Source of the DNA: Wolbachia endosymbiont of Drosophila innubila | GTDB lineage: Bacteria; Pseudomonadota; Alphaproteobacteria; Rickettsiales; Anaplasmataceae | Assembly (NCBI RefSeq): GCF_021378375.1 | Contig: NZ_CP076228.1 | Span: forward strand, 870,001-902,000 | DNA length: 32,000 nt | Direction of reading: 5' to 3' | Shown: one piece after another, positions 1-10,439 of the stretch | Numbering within the stretch: position 1 is the stretch's first letter | Layout: each line of letters opens with the position of its first letter | The notes under the pieces: model-generated | Database searches by the model: none | Seen by the model: the letters and a program-made list of their open reading frames with translations, nothing else | Told to the model about the DNA's origin: nothing | Translations under genes and position numbers: made by a program

Positions 1-852
1 TAATATTTTCAACGTATAACCAAGGTTATGAATATTAAATGCAATAATAATAATACAACTCAAGATATATATAAGTGACATAATAGGCACTAGTGCAGAA
101 GATACTCTAGCTATCCTTTTAATTCCGCCAATAATCACTAGAGCAAGCAGCGCAGAAATTATGGAAGAAAGAAACCAAGAGTGACCATCTACCCAACTTG
201 AATAGCCAGATAATATTGAAACCATTTGGTTGGTTTGAAACGCTACACTTCCACCAAGACCTGATAATACAAAGAATACTGCATACATGGCAGCCAGCAC
301 AATACCAAGTTTTTTAAATCCAAATTCCTCCAGACCATTCCTTATATACTGAAAGGGACCACTAAACAATTGGTCCTGATCTTCTGTTCTATGTCTAAAC
401 GCCAACGTTACCTCAGCAAATTTTGTTGACATACCAAAAAAACCTGTAATCATCATCCAAGGCACCGCTCCTGGTCCACCCATTGAAACTGCAATTGCGA
501 CTCCAGCAACAGTTCCAAGGCCTACTGTGCTTGAAAGTGCAGTCATAAATGCCTGAAAATGCGTAATATGACCATCATGGTGATTCGTGTCATATTTTCC
601 ACATAAAATAGCAAACGCATGCTTAAACATTCTTATGTTGAGAAATCCAAAACGTAATGTTAGAAACACATAACCAAAAACTAGTAGAAGGATTATAAAT
701 GGCACGTAAAGGATCTTGAAAAACAGTACTTCATTCATGAAGTTATTTATTCCATTCAACACAGCGTCATAACTTTCGTAAAAACCTGAAACAGCGTACA
801 CATCATTAAACAATAGGCAAAATAACACCATACAAAGCAATCTATAAATCAT
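1..852 (-). CDS. AGCS (alanine/glycine:cation symporter) family protein, C-terminus beyond window (partial)
   Basis: Manual reverse-strand translation from ATG at 852 ([20 protein letters not shown]...[40 protein letters not shown]) stays open to position 1 and is clearly similar to the neighbouring ORF 854..2197. It is absent from the ORF track because it is truncated by the window edge. Confidence 0.85.
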   Translation of the reverse strand, partial: [284 protein letters not shown]

Positions 853-853
853 G

Positions 854-2197
854 TTAATACCCTTTAGAATTGTAATAAGAATCTATTGTATTCAAAACTT
901 CCCTTCTTAGTAGATATATTGCAACAGCATTTGGAATCATAAGGCACATAAACAAACTGTCACCTAGATAAGATATAAATTCTATATTCTTTGACATACA
1001 GCTGATATACACTGAAACCACTATAAGAATTTGGAACGGTATCAGTATTTTTTTACTACCAAATAAATACAGCAAAGCAACTTCACAGTAGTAACAATAA
1101 GCTATTATTGTGGAAAATGCAAAGGAAAACATCATTAGCGGAAAAACTAACTTGCTGAACAAGGGCAAAGCTGTTGAAAATATCGAACTAATTAGTGTAA
1201 TATCACCCACGTTATCAGTGCTATGCATACCAGTGATAATTATCACAATACCAGTCAAAAATGAGATTAATATTGTGTCTATAAGTGGTGCAATCATTGC
1301 AACGCACCCAACTTTAATTGGATCTTCTTCTTTTACAGCTGAATGTGCTATAGCTGCTGTTCCGGTACCTGCTTCGTTAGCAAACACTGATCTTCTCACT
1401 CCGGCTATTAATCCGCTCAATACTCCGCTTCCTATAGCTGATTTATTGAAGATATCTTGGAATATTATGGATAGAGCATTCAGCAAATTACTTCCGTTTA
1501 CATAAATTAAATATATACACATACCCACATATAGCACTATCATAATTGGTGCTAAGCTCGTTGAAACGAAAGCAATGCGCTTTATCCCTCCCAATATTAC
1601 AATAAAGACAAGCAGGGATATAATAATGGATGCGTTGTATTCTAGGAGGTTATTTGATAGTACTGCTATTTGATTTGCTTGAAATGGTATACCGCCCAAA
1701 ATCATTGCAATAAGTAGCATAATCGCATAAGTGAAGGCAAGAAATCTACCAGTTTTTGCAAATCCAATTTTTGCAAGCCCGTACTTCATGTAATAAAAAG
1801 CCCCGCCAGTTGTATTTTCAGAGCGATAAGTAAATGCAAGCACCACCTCGGCAAACTTTATCGACATACCAAGTATTCCGGTAATTACCATCCAAAAAAC
1901 TGCACTTGGGCCCCCTATTGTGATAGCTATTGCAACTCCTGATATTGTTCCAAGACCAACTGTTCCTGAAATTACTGTTGCAAACGCTTGAATATGAGTG
2001 ATTATGCCATTGTTGCTGTTATTACACTTTAGATTGAATAGCGTCTGTATTCCATATTTAAGTAACCTAAAGTTAATGAATTTGAACTGGGCAGTACAAA
2101 AGATTCCAGTTGCAATTACCCAAATAATTATAAATGGAATGTTGAATATCTTTATATACAGAAATGAATTTAATAGTTCACTTATCTTCAAAATCAT
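854..2197 (-). CDS. AGCS family sodium/alanine symporter
   Basis: 447 aa ORF with family-like motifs (TVGLGTISGVAIAITIGGPSAVFWM, ANEAGTGTAAIAHSA) and multiple hydrophobic helices. Confidence 0.88.
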   Translation of the reverse strand: MILKISELLNSFLYIKIFNIPFIIIWVIATGIFCTAQFKFINFRLLKYGIQTLFNLKCNNSNNGIITHIQAFATVISGTVGLGTISGVAIAITIGGPSAVFWMVITGILGMSIKFAEVVLAFTYRSENTTGGAFYYMKYGLAKIGFAKTGRFLAFTYAIMLLIAMILGGIPFQANQIAVLSNNLLEYNASIIISLLVFIVILGGIKRIAFVSTSLAPIMIVLYVGMCIYLIYVNGSNLLNALSIIFQDIFNKSAIGSGVLSGLIAGVRRSVFANEAGTGTAAIAHSAVKEEDPIKVGCVAMIAPLIDTILISFLTGIVIIITGMHSTDNVGDITLISSIFSTALPLFSKLVFPLMMFSFAFSTIIAYCYYCEVALLYLFGSKKILIPFQILIVVSVYISCMSKNIEFISYLGDSLFMCLMIPNAVAIYLLRREVLNTIDSYYNSKGY

Positions 2198-2219
2198 GCA
2201 GTTTTCTATTTTTTGTTAG

Positions 2220-2990
2220 CTAACGAGTTTTATATGTAAAATATATGTAAAACCCGATGCTTATTGGAATAGTAAGTGTATACACTATACCTAAAATTGG
2301 TAGAGTCATCCAGGGCTTACTGATGAAAAATACAATAAGTACTCCAAAAAATGACACAAATATATAGGATAGGCTTTTGGGAATATAAATATATTTTGCA
2401 GAGAAAGTTGGAATGTGACTTATCGAAAAAAATGAAATGGCCAGAAAGTAACAAGCTACGTTTCTTGTGTTAAAAAATCGCTCTATGAGAAGTAAGTATT
2501 CACTCTCATGAGATTGAAAGGTAATAATTATTGGTAACAAAGAAAGTAAAGCACACACTGGAGCTGGAACACCAGAAAAGAAAAATTTTTCCCAGTATGG
2601 TTGTTCTGAGTGTAGCGAAACATTAAATCTTGCAAGTCTTATTGATATGCAGATTACGTATATCATTACTAAAATCCAACCTATGACTTTGATTTCGTTT
2701 AGCTTCCAAAAATACAAAAGAAATGCAGGCGCTGCACCAAAATTTAGAAAATCTGCAAAAGAATCAAGCTGGGCTCCAAAATCGCTAGTTGATTTTAGAA
2801 TTCTAGCTATTCTGCCATCCATTCCATCTATTATTGCTGCAATGATGATAAAAATTACTGAGAATTCCCATTGTTCATTAAATGTAAATTTAAGTGAAGT
2901 GAGACCAGAACATAAACCCAATAAAGTTATAAAGTTTGGGAATAATTTAGTAATAGGTAAGAATCTACTGTTACTTCCCTCGTTATTCAT
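2220..2990 (-). CDS. pssA: CDP-diacylglycerol--serine O-phosphatidyltransferase
   Basis: 256 aa; CDP-alcohol phosphatidyltransferase signature ([35 protein letters not shown]); overlaps psd by 4 nt. Confidence 0.92.
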
Positions 2991-3679
2991 ATAACGTCAA
3001 AAGTAAGCTTCTCTTGAACGTTTTCCTTATTTAAGTTTGCTATAATTGTTTCACCACCAATAACAGTTTGCCCTTCTGAAACTCTGACTTCTGTATCAGC
3101 AGGAACATAGATATTCACTCTACTGCCAAACCTTATAATTCCAAACCTTTCACCTGCTTTTACGTTCTGGGATATTCCTAAATTACAAACGATACGACGT
3201 GCAATTAATCCAGCTATTTGCTCCACAATAATTTCTTTCCCCTTTTCGTATTCAATTACAATAACCTGCTTTTCATTTTCATTACTAGACCTATTGCTCA
3301 TTGCGGATACAAACTTGCCTTTTTTATAACTCATTTCCTTTATCGTACCAGATATTGGTATACGGTTCACATGGACGTTCAAAACACTTAAAAATATGCT
3401 AACAAGCGTAAACTTCTTCTCCTCTCCGTTTTCTGCTGATAAAGGATAATTAACTTCTTCAATTTTTGAAATCACACCATCAGCAGGACTTAATATAAGA
3501 TTCTTATTGTTTGGCACAGCTCTTGCTGGATCACGAAAGAAATAAGTACACAATAATGTCGGAAACAAGCACGTAACGCCAAACCCCCAAGATATAGAGA
3601 ATGCTATACACGTTACTATAAAGGAAACTACTATAAATGAATAACCTTCCCTGTTTATATTAGGTAAACCAAAACACAT
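2987..3679 (-). CDS. psd: Phosphatidylserine decarboxylase family protein
   Basis: 230 aa; [34 protein letters not shown] motifs; adjacent to pssA. Confidence 0.9.
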
Positions 3680-3866
3680 AATCTTATTAACAATAACCTA
3701 TTGTTAACAATTTATCATTTATAATTTCTCATGAAAAGCTTTTTTTAACTGCTTCAGCAAAGTCTTTTTGATACAAGGTAACATTACAGATTGTTATATT
3801 AGCACATAGAATTACCGTCATACTGTAACAACCCGTCCAACACAAAATCTAATGCCTAAGTTTAGA

Positions 3867-4934
3867 TCAGAAAACTGATTCTTCTAAAAGTTGCTCACTA
3901 TCCTCGTCTATTATGATAGAATTATCATGATTTCTGAGTAAATCTCTGATTTTCGTTTCTATTTCATTTGCGACTTCTTTGTTTGTTTTTAGGTAAGTTT
4001 TTACATTCTCTCTTCCTTGCCCAAGACGTGTGTTGTTATATGAATAGTAAGCGCCTGCTTTTTCAAGCACACCAAGCTTTGCTCCCATATCTATTATTTC
4101 TCCGAGTTTTGATATACCTTCATTGTACATTATATCAAATTTCGCTTCTCTAAATGGAGGAGCAACTTTATTTTTTACAACTTTAACTCTTGTTTCATTA
4201 CCTGTAATATTTTCTTTGTCTTTTATTACACCAACTTTTCTTATATCAAGCCTTACAGAAGTATAGAATTTTAATGCATTTCCACCCGTGGTAGTTTCAG
4301 GATTTCCATACACTACTCCTATTTTCATACGAATTTGATTAATAAATATCAATATACAGTTCGCTTTTGAAACGGCAGAGGTTAGTTTCCGTAGCCCATG
4401 ACTTAGAAGCCTTGCTTGCAGCCCCATATGTTGATCACCCATATCACCTTCAATTTCAGCTCTTGGAGTTAATGCTGCGACAGAGTCAATAACTATCACA
4501 TCAACCGCACCAGAACACACTAAATACTCAACAATATGCAACGCCTGCTCTCCAGTGTCTGGTTGTGAAATCACTAAATCATCAGTGCTTACCCCAAGTT
4601 TACGAGCATATAAGACATCCAATGCATGTTCTGCATCGATAAATGCGCATGATCCTCCTTTTTTTTGTGCTTCAGCAATCACGTGCAAGGCAAGAGTGGT
4701 TTTACCAGAACTCTCGGGGCCAAATATTTCAATTATACGCCCTTTTGGCAGACCTCCAACACCTAGAGCCGAATCAAGCGCAATTGATCCTGTGGATATT
4801 GTGTCTATTTTTTCTACAGGGTTTTGCTTCAACTTCATTATTGCACCTTTACCGAATGCTTTTTCAATCTGGCTTATTGCGTTATCTAGCGCTTTTTGTT
4901 TATCACTATTTCTTTCTTCTGGGTTACTTGCCAT
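3867..4934 (-). CDS. recA: Recombinase A
   Basis: 355 aa; [23 protein letters not shown] Walker [44 protein letters not shown]. Confidence 0.99.
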
Positions 4935-5150
4935 AGATCATTTATTAATTTATATAATTCTCTATGATAATCAAACGCGAATAACCTGCCAAGGTTTTTC
5001 TAGTATTTATGTATTATTTCAATGAAAAATATTAACGTTTTCATAAAGCAGATATTTGTTTGCCTTCGTTAGTAACACACTATACTTTAGTGTACGAACG
5101 TTGCAATTTGCAGCATAGCAGGTGATGTCATCCAAGTAGCCAACACTGAA

Positions 5151-5250
5151 ATGACTAAATTCGAAATGGCTACATGAATTTATTGTAAATTACTACCGTA
5201 TAAGGTGCGATGCAACAAAGCCATTCCAGTGTCAGCTACTTGAATGACAC
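5151..5250 (+). repeat. Dispersed 100-bp repeat, copy 1
   Basis: atgactaaattcgaaatggctacatgaatttattgtaaattactaccgtataaggtgcgatgcaacaaagcc... aligns without gaps to 19671..19770 with about 8 mismatches. Confidence 0.9.
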
Positions 5251-5492
5251 CTCTTAGATGGGTCAGCTACTCAGATCTGCCATGAAAACTGCAACCCTAA
5301 ATGTTGGAGCACTGTCGTACACTAAGCGCTGTAATGACAATTTTAGTCGCTTCATACACTTATCATGCTAGTCATAACAGAAATAATTTTTACCAAAGAT
5401 ATTTATGAAATAATTGACATAGTTTGGAAATATGTATATTATAGAACATTAATAGTTAGTTAATTTGTAGGTGTAATGTAGCTAGAAATGTT

Positions 5493-6521
5493 TTGAATGA
5501 AAATGAGTACCACGCTTTAAAGCAGTTGTTTTTAACATTTAATATTCAAAAGGAGGATGTGGTAAATTCTGACATTAAGAATATTAAGAAAAAGCTTAGT
5601 CAACAATACCGTAAATTATCGTTAAAATATCACTCAGATAAAAACCCAAACAATAAAGAAGCGGAGGAGAAATTTAAGGTTATTGCATTAAATAAGCCAT
5701 TTTTTGAAGAATTTATAATAGAGCCATTGGAGAAAGGTCTCAATAAAAGAAATAATTTAATAAAAGAATTACGCGGTAAGTTGTGGAGTCGCAGTTATGA
5801 AGAATTGCAAAAATACTTAGATGATAAGTGCAGAAATAAACTCTATAATAAGCAGCAGTCAATTAACAATAATGTAACTGCTTATGTAAAATATTCTTCT
5901 TATTCAAATCTCTTAGGAGTTCTTTTAGTATCCTTCACATCAATTGCATTTTTAATAATTAATGGTATTTCTTCTAATGTACCAATAGCAGTAGATTTTC
6001 TTGCTCCCTTGTTAGCAGGATCTATTTTAAATCTAGCTGTTAAGAGCATTTATACTAGAAATGGGAAAGAGTTTAATCATCAGACTAATATTTTATTATT
6101 GTTTAACTTTGACCAAGAATGCGAAAATTTTTCAAAGAGTGATAGGACTAAATTAAAGTGGCTAAAAAATTCAGTTATTTTGAGCAACACAATCTGTACA
6201 TCTTTAATGTTTTTCGGTATGGGATTAGATTTAGTTGCCAACGGCTTTGGTATAACTAACTCTATGATGTTATCCGGCTTATTACTTTCATTACCATTCA
6301 CGCTTTTAATTGTTACTTCACCTATTTTAAATGCTGCAAGTAATTATATTCTCAAAAAGACAGCTATAAATTCAATTGAGGAGCAATTTAAAGGTGATGA
6401 TCAGTTTATAGAAGTCGATAACGAAAAGCCAAGCAGTACTATGAGCAATCAAAGTTATTTCCCCATCGATCAGTTAATATCATCAAAGTTAGCTATTCTC
6501 CATAGCGAAGTCTCTAGCTAG
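5493..6521 (+). CDS. J-domain-like (DnaJ-like N-terminus) membrane protein
   Basis: 342 aa, TTG start in track; N-terminal LSQQYRKLSLKYHSDKNPNNKEAEEKFKVI resembles J-domain helices II-III, followed by several hydrophobic segments. The HPD motif reads HSD. Confidence 0.6.
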   Translation: MNENEYHALKQLFLTFNIQKEDVVNSDIKNIKKKLSQQYRKLSLKYHSDKNPNNKEAEEKFKVIALNKPFFEEFIIEPLEKGLNKRNNLIKELRGKLWSRSYEELQKYLDDKCRNKLYNKQQSINNNVTAYVKYSSYSNLLGVLLVSFTSIAFLIINGISSNVPIAVDFLAPLLAGSILNLAVKSIYTRNGKEFNHQTNILLLFNFDQECENFSKSDRTKLKWLKNSVILSNTICTSLMFFGMGLDLVANGFGITNSMMLSGLLLSLPFTLLIVTSPILNAASNYILKKTAINSIEEQFKGDDQFIEVDNEKPSSTMSNQSYFPIDQLISSKLAILHSEVSS

Positions 6522-7778
6522 GAACAATGAGCCACAGATTAGTATGGTTTTGACGTTTTGGGTAGAGGCTTTTAATATGTGATTTGATATTGCATCGCCA
6601 ATTGATTCACATTCAACTGCTTTTATTCCTATGTTATTGGCTTTTTCCCTAATCAAATTTGTATTTGTTGCTTTAGGTTCAGACTTAACACAAACCGCAC
6701 ATAGTAGCTTGATATATGGCTTTAAGTGCTCTAAGAACTCTTCCACATTTCTGTTACTAGTAACACCAAAAACCATATAAATACCTTCAGCAAAATTATC
6801 TTTTACCCACTGAGATAGTACTCTAGCACCATCATTATTGTGTGCACCATCTAAAAATAATTGCCAATCTTTCGGTAGTAGGAAAATTAAATTACCTTCT
6901 TTTATAGACTCTAGCCGTGCAGGCCAATAAGTGCACTGTAAACCTGAAGTGATATCCTCTTCTCCAATATCAAATTCATACTTTCCACTTAAAATACTAC
7001 ATGCTGCAATAGCATTGCCTGCATTAATCACCTGATGATCACCCTTTAAAGATGGCAAAGGAAATTCTATTGATTGAATAGCTGATTGAAAAACCATTTT
7101 GTTGTTCTTTTTTTTGCAATTCCATTCAAGACCTCCTCTATACAAGGGAGATTTCTTATTTATTGCGTGGTGTTCTAGCGTGTTCACTATAGATTTTTCT
7201 TGCGGTGCTATTACGCAAGGAACATTAGGTTTCATTATTCCAGCCTTTTCACCTGCTATAATTTCTACAGTAGGGCCAAGATATTCCGTATGATCAAGTG
7301 CAATGGAAGTAATTATTGTTAAAATCGGATTATCTATAACATTTGTTGCATCAAGCCTTCCACCCATACCCACTTCAACTAAAGTTATATCGGCTTTATG
7401 ACGAGAAAAAGCTAAAAAAGCTGCAATAGTTGCAGCTTCAAACAGAGTGATAGGTTGTTCTGCAATTACTGCACGACATTCTTCTAATAAGCTATATAAT
7501 TCATTATCGTCGATATAGCTGCCGGCTATCACTATCCTCTCATTAAAACTCACTAAATGTGGAGAAGTGTATGCGTGTACCTTATACCCTGCTGCTTGCA
7601 TTATATATCTTATAAATGCTAGTGTTGAGCCTTTCCCATTAGTTCCAGCTATATGAATTACGGGAGGCACTTTTTTCTCGGGGTTATCTAGTTTGCTAAG
7701 AAAGCCTTTTATGCGATCAAGAGAAAAATCATTCGGCCTGCTACCAAGTGGCTTAGGCCAATGAGGCATATATATCAT
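6489..7778 (-). CDS. folC: Bifunctional folylpolyglutamate synthase/dihydrofolate synthase
   Basis: 429 aa; HIAGTNGKGSTLAFIRYIMQAAGYKVHAYTSPHL, MGGRLDATNVI, LDGAHNNDGA. Confidence 0.93.
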   Translation of the reverse strand: MIYMPHWPKPLGSRPNDFSLDRIKGFLSKLDNPEKKVPPVIHIAGTNGKGSTLAFIRYIMQAAGYKVHAYTSPHLVSFNERIVIAGSYIDDNELYSLLEECRAVIAEQPITLFEAATIAAFLAFSRHKADITLVEVGMGGRLDATNVIDNPILTIITSIALDHTEYLGPTVEIIAGEKAGIMKPNVPCVIAPQEKSIVNTLEHHAINKKSPLYRGGLEWNCKKKNNKMVFQSAIQSIEFPLPSLKGDHQVINAGNAIAACSILSGKYEFDIGEEDITSGLQCTYWPARLESIKEGNLIFLLPKDWQLFLDGAHNNDGARVLSQWVKDNFAEGIYMVFGVTSNRNVEEFLEHLKPYIKLLCAVCVKSEPKATNTNLIREKANNIGIKAVECESIGDAISNHILKASTQNVKTILICGSLFLARDFAMENS

Positions 7779-8365
7779 GGATTGTTATTGCATTTTAATT
7801 CAGCTATAACGCTTGCTATGCCATGCGTGTCGATTTTTTCACTAAATTGATAACGTTGATTAATAGCAATACTTATTCCACTCATTACAACATCACTTAT
7901 CAAGAAAGAACTGTTATTTTTAGTAACTTTAAAATCAATATTTGTAAATTCTTCATCACCGTAAGAAAATCTTGTACCAATTAAGCAAGTTTCATCGTCA
8001 ACTGCTTTTGTACTCATTATGATCATTTCACTATCATGCATGTATTTATATAAAATTTTAACGCACAAACGCGTAAGATACACTTCATACTCTCTTAAAA
8101 AATCTTCTTTTTCTTTTTGTTTAACTAAAGCCCAATGTTTTCCTATGACGAATTGCGATATTCCTTTGAGGTTAACATTGTTTTGAATGACCTCCTGAAG
8201 CTTTTTTTGCACACATTCCCGGTTTTTTTTATTCTCCTTTGTAGATATACCATCCACTTGTTGCTTCATAGTATGCACAAAAATTTTGTGATCTGTACAA
8301 TTAGTGTAAGCACTTGAAGAAATTACAATAAAAACAATGATAGTTAAAACTTTAGTAATGTTCAT
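7775..8365 (-). CDS. MlaC/Ttg2D-like phospholipid-binding periplasmic protein
   Basis: 196 aa with signal-like N-terminus; FVIGKHWALVKQKEKEDFLREYEVYLTRLCVKILYKY resembles the MlaC family; overlaps folC start by 4 nt. Confidence 0.65.
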   Translation of the reverse strand: MNITKVLTIIVFIVISSSAYTNCTDHKIFVHTMKQQVDGISTKENKKNRECVQKKLQEVIQNNVNLKGISQFVIGKHWALVKQKEKEDFLREYEVYLTRLCVKILYKYMHDSEMIIMSTKAVDDETCLIGTRFSYGDEEFTNIDFKVTKNNSSFLISDVVMSGISIAINQRYQFSEKIDTHGIASVIAELKCNNNP

Positions 8366-8661
8366 AAGATATATTTATTAGCTATGATACTTAGAATGCA
8401 AAGTTTAATAAAGATTAAATAATAATCGCTAGCTTTAATATATCTATAGACACACCTTGTATAAATCATCTACAATTAATTAAGGGTCTGTTCTATGCGT
8501 TATGAGTTAAGTTAAATTTCCCGAGAGATAATTTCTAGTCGAGGGAATTGCCTCTATTAATTTCGTTGAAATTGATACGTGATGCCCACCTTAACTTTAG
8601 TCTCAGGAATCTACTAAGGCTGACGGTAGATACGGATCCTATTTTGATTGGTTTAACATTT

Positions 8662-9123
8662 ATGCTTCATCAATACAAAGAACAGGGTGTTTTCCTATGT
8701 TTGCCTAATGAAGTATTCCAAATTGTAATTGATGTTGAAAGGTATCCTGATTTTGTTCCTTGGTGCAAAGCCGTTTATATAAAAGAAAAAATTAACAACC
8801 AAATGGTTGTGGATCTCCTCGCAGCTTTTCATGGAATTAAAGGTAGATATACATCAGAAGTTACTTCTCTTTCTCCAAGTGGAACAAATGAAGGTTGGAT
8901 AAAAGCTGTATCATCAAATGGAATATTTAAACATCTATACAATGAATGGCAATTCATTCCCATAGATGAAAATAAAACTATGGTAAAGTTTTATATAGAG
9001 TTTAAGTTTAAGTCCAACTCATTTTCCACTTTATTAAACTCAGTATATAAGTATACACAAAGTAAAATAATTGCTGCATTTAAAGATAGGGCTGAAAGCC
9101 TTGCTAAACAAAAGTTATTTTGA
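8662..9123 (+). CDS. COQ10/RatA-like START-domain (polyketide cyclase family) protein
   Basis: Track ORF 8548..9123 starts at TTG. Homology-like region begins at the internal ATG 8662 (MLHQYKEQGVFLCLPNEVFQIVIDVERYPDFVPWCKAVYI), typical of the COQ10/RatA family. Confidence 0.75.
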   Translation: MLHQYKEQGVFLCLPNEVFQIVIDVERYPDFVPWCKAVYIKEKINNQMVVDLLAAFHGIKGRYTSEVTSLSPSGTNEGWIKAVSSNGIFKHLYNEWQFIPIDENKTMVKFYIEFKFKSNSFSTLLNSVYKYTQSKIIAAFKDRAESLAKQKLF

Positions 9124-9177
9124 CATTATTAATATAAATGTATAATTTTTTTTAGTAAGTTAAGTGTTTATATTGTA

Positions 9178-9882
9178 ATGATTTTTAGACTATTGTTTTT
9201 ATTAATTTTCATAAGTGTTAATTCTTATGCAGTTGTTAAGCAAGATTTATCCGATAACCAATACATTCAAAAAAAACCCAATGAAATAACATCAAATGAG
9301 CTATTATCGCTATTACCTAATGATAAATTATTAGGAGATCCAAAAGCACCAATTCTAATGATAGAATATGCTTCATTAACTTGTTATCACTGCTCTCTTT
9401 TTCATAGGAATGTTTTTCCTAAAATTAAAGAGAAATATATAGACACAGGTAAGATGTTATATATATTTCGTCATTTTCCTTTGGATTACAGAGGGCTAAA
9501 GGCTGCAATGCTAAGTCATTGCTACGAAAAACAAGAAGACTACTTTAATTTTAACAAAGCTGTTTTTAACTCAATAGATTCGTGGAATTACTACAATTTA
9601 AGTGATTTGACTTTACTACAAAGAATTGCTGCACTAAGCAACTTAAAGCAAGATGCATTTAACCAATGCATTAATGATAAGAAAATAATGGATAAAATCG
9701 TAAATGATAAATCACTGGCAATTAATAAACTTGATATCACAGCCACTCCAATATTTTTCATCAAGCTTAACGATGATAAATCATATATAGAGCATAATAA
9801 AGTTAAACATGGAGGGTATAAAGAGCTGAAATATTTCACTAATGTGATAGATGAATTATATGGAAAAGCTATAGTGAAGTAA
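9178..9882 (+). CDS. DsbA family thiol:disulfide oxidoreductase
   Basis: 234 aa with signal peptide; thioredoxin-fold active site YASLTCYHCSLFH, ATPIFFIKL cis-Pro region. Confidence 0.88.
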   Translation: MIFRLLFLLIFISVNSYAVVKQDLSDNQYIQKKPNEITSNELLSLLPNDKLLGDPKAPILMIEYASLTCYHCSLFHRNVFPKIKEKYIDTGKMLYIFRHFPLDYRGLKAAMLSHCYEKQEDYFNFNKAVFNSIDSWNYYNLSDLTLLQRIAALSNLKQDAFNQCINDKKIMDKIVNDKSLAINKLDITATPIFFIKLNDDKSYIEHNKVKHGGYKELKYFTNVIDELYGKAIVK

Positions 9883-9911
9883 TATCACTGTAGCTTACCA
9901 TATAAAAGACT

Positions 9912-10190
9912 CTATGCTGAGTCATTGTTTTTCACTACTGTTTGTTGTTTTTTACGCTCAAACTCTCTTTTTTTACTGTGCCAAGTGTAGTAATACATAG
10001 CGATTTTATTCTCTATTAATACTATTGTCCCATCATAAAACTGAACCATATCCATAACTTTTCTCTGAGCTTCATCAAAACGTTCTTTATACTTTTCACG
10101 ATAAGCTGGATTATGTAGTAACATAACCCCTTCATTCTTGTTAGATTTTTTGTTTAACGTTTCAACTTCACCAGCAATAGTATAAGACAT
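9912..10190 (-). CDS. Small Rickettsiales-type conserved hypothetical (possibly DUF2671)
   Basis: 92 aa ORF MSYTIAGEVETLNKKSNKNEGVMLLHNPAYREKYKERFDEAQRKVMDMVQFYDGTIVLIE; DUF assignment is from memory. Confidence 0.6.
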   Translation of the reverse strand: MSYTIAGEVETLNKKSNKNEGVMLLHNPAYREKYKERFDEAQRKVMDMVQFYDGTIVLIENKIAMYYYTWHSKKREFERKKQQTVVKNNDSA

Positions 10191-10439
10191 ATAACCCCCT
10201 CTAATTGATTATAAAAATTATATTTTAAAAAGAGAAATGCGCATAAACAATCCCTTTAATTCTAGCATAATAATCGACTGTTTATTATACTAGTTAACTA
10301 TAGTACGATATATAATAATTTTGTCACTTAAAATTTTATACTATGAAATAATAACTTAAAATAAATGTTTTTATTATTTTAAACTATATTATTATATTTA
10401 TAAATTGTGTATGAATTAAGTCTCCCTAATTTATAATAT

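Noticed and set aside
1110-1505. Plus-strand ORF 131 aa inside the AGCS gene
   Set aside because: Antisense to a strongly supported CDS; no recognisable domain.
2647-2994. Plus-strand ORF 115 aa opposite pssA
   Set aside because: Antisense shadow ORF of pssA.
4555-5025. Plus-strand ORF 156 aa (and 4643..4936) opposite recA
   Set aside because: Shadow ORFs; recA on the minus strand is unambiguous.
8548-9123. RatA-like gene as part of a toxin-antitoxin pair
   Set aside because: No ratB/antitoxin partner next to it; the COQ10/START-domain housekeeping role is the simpler reading.
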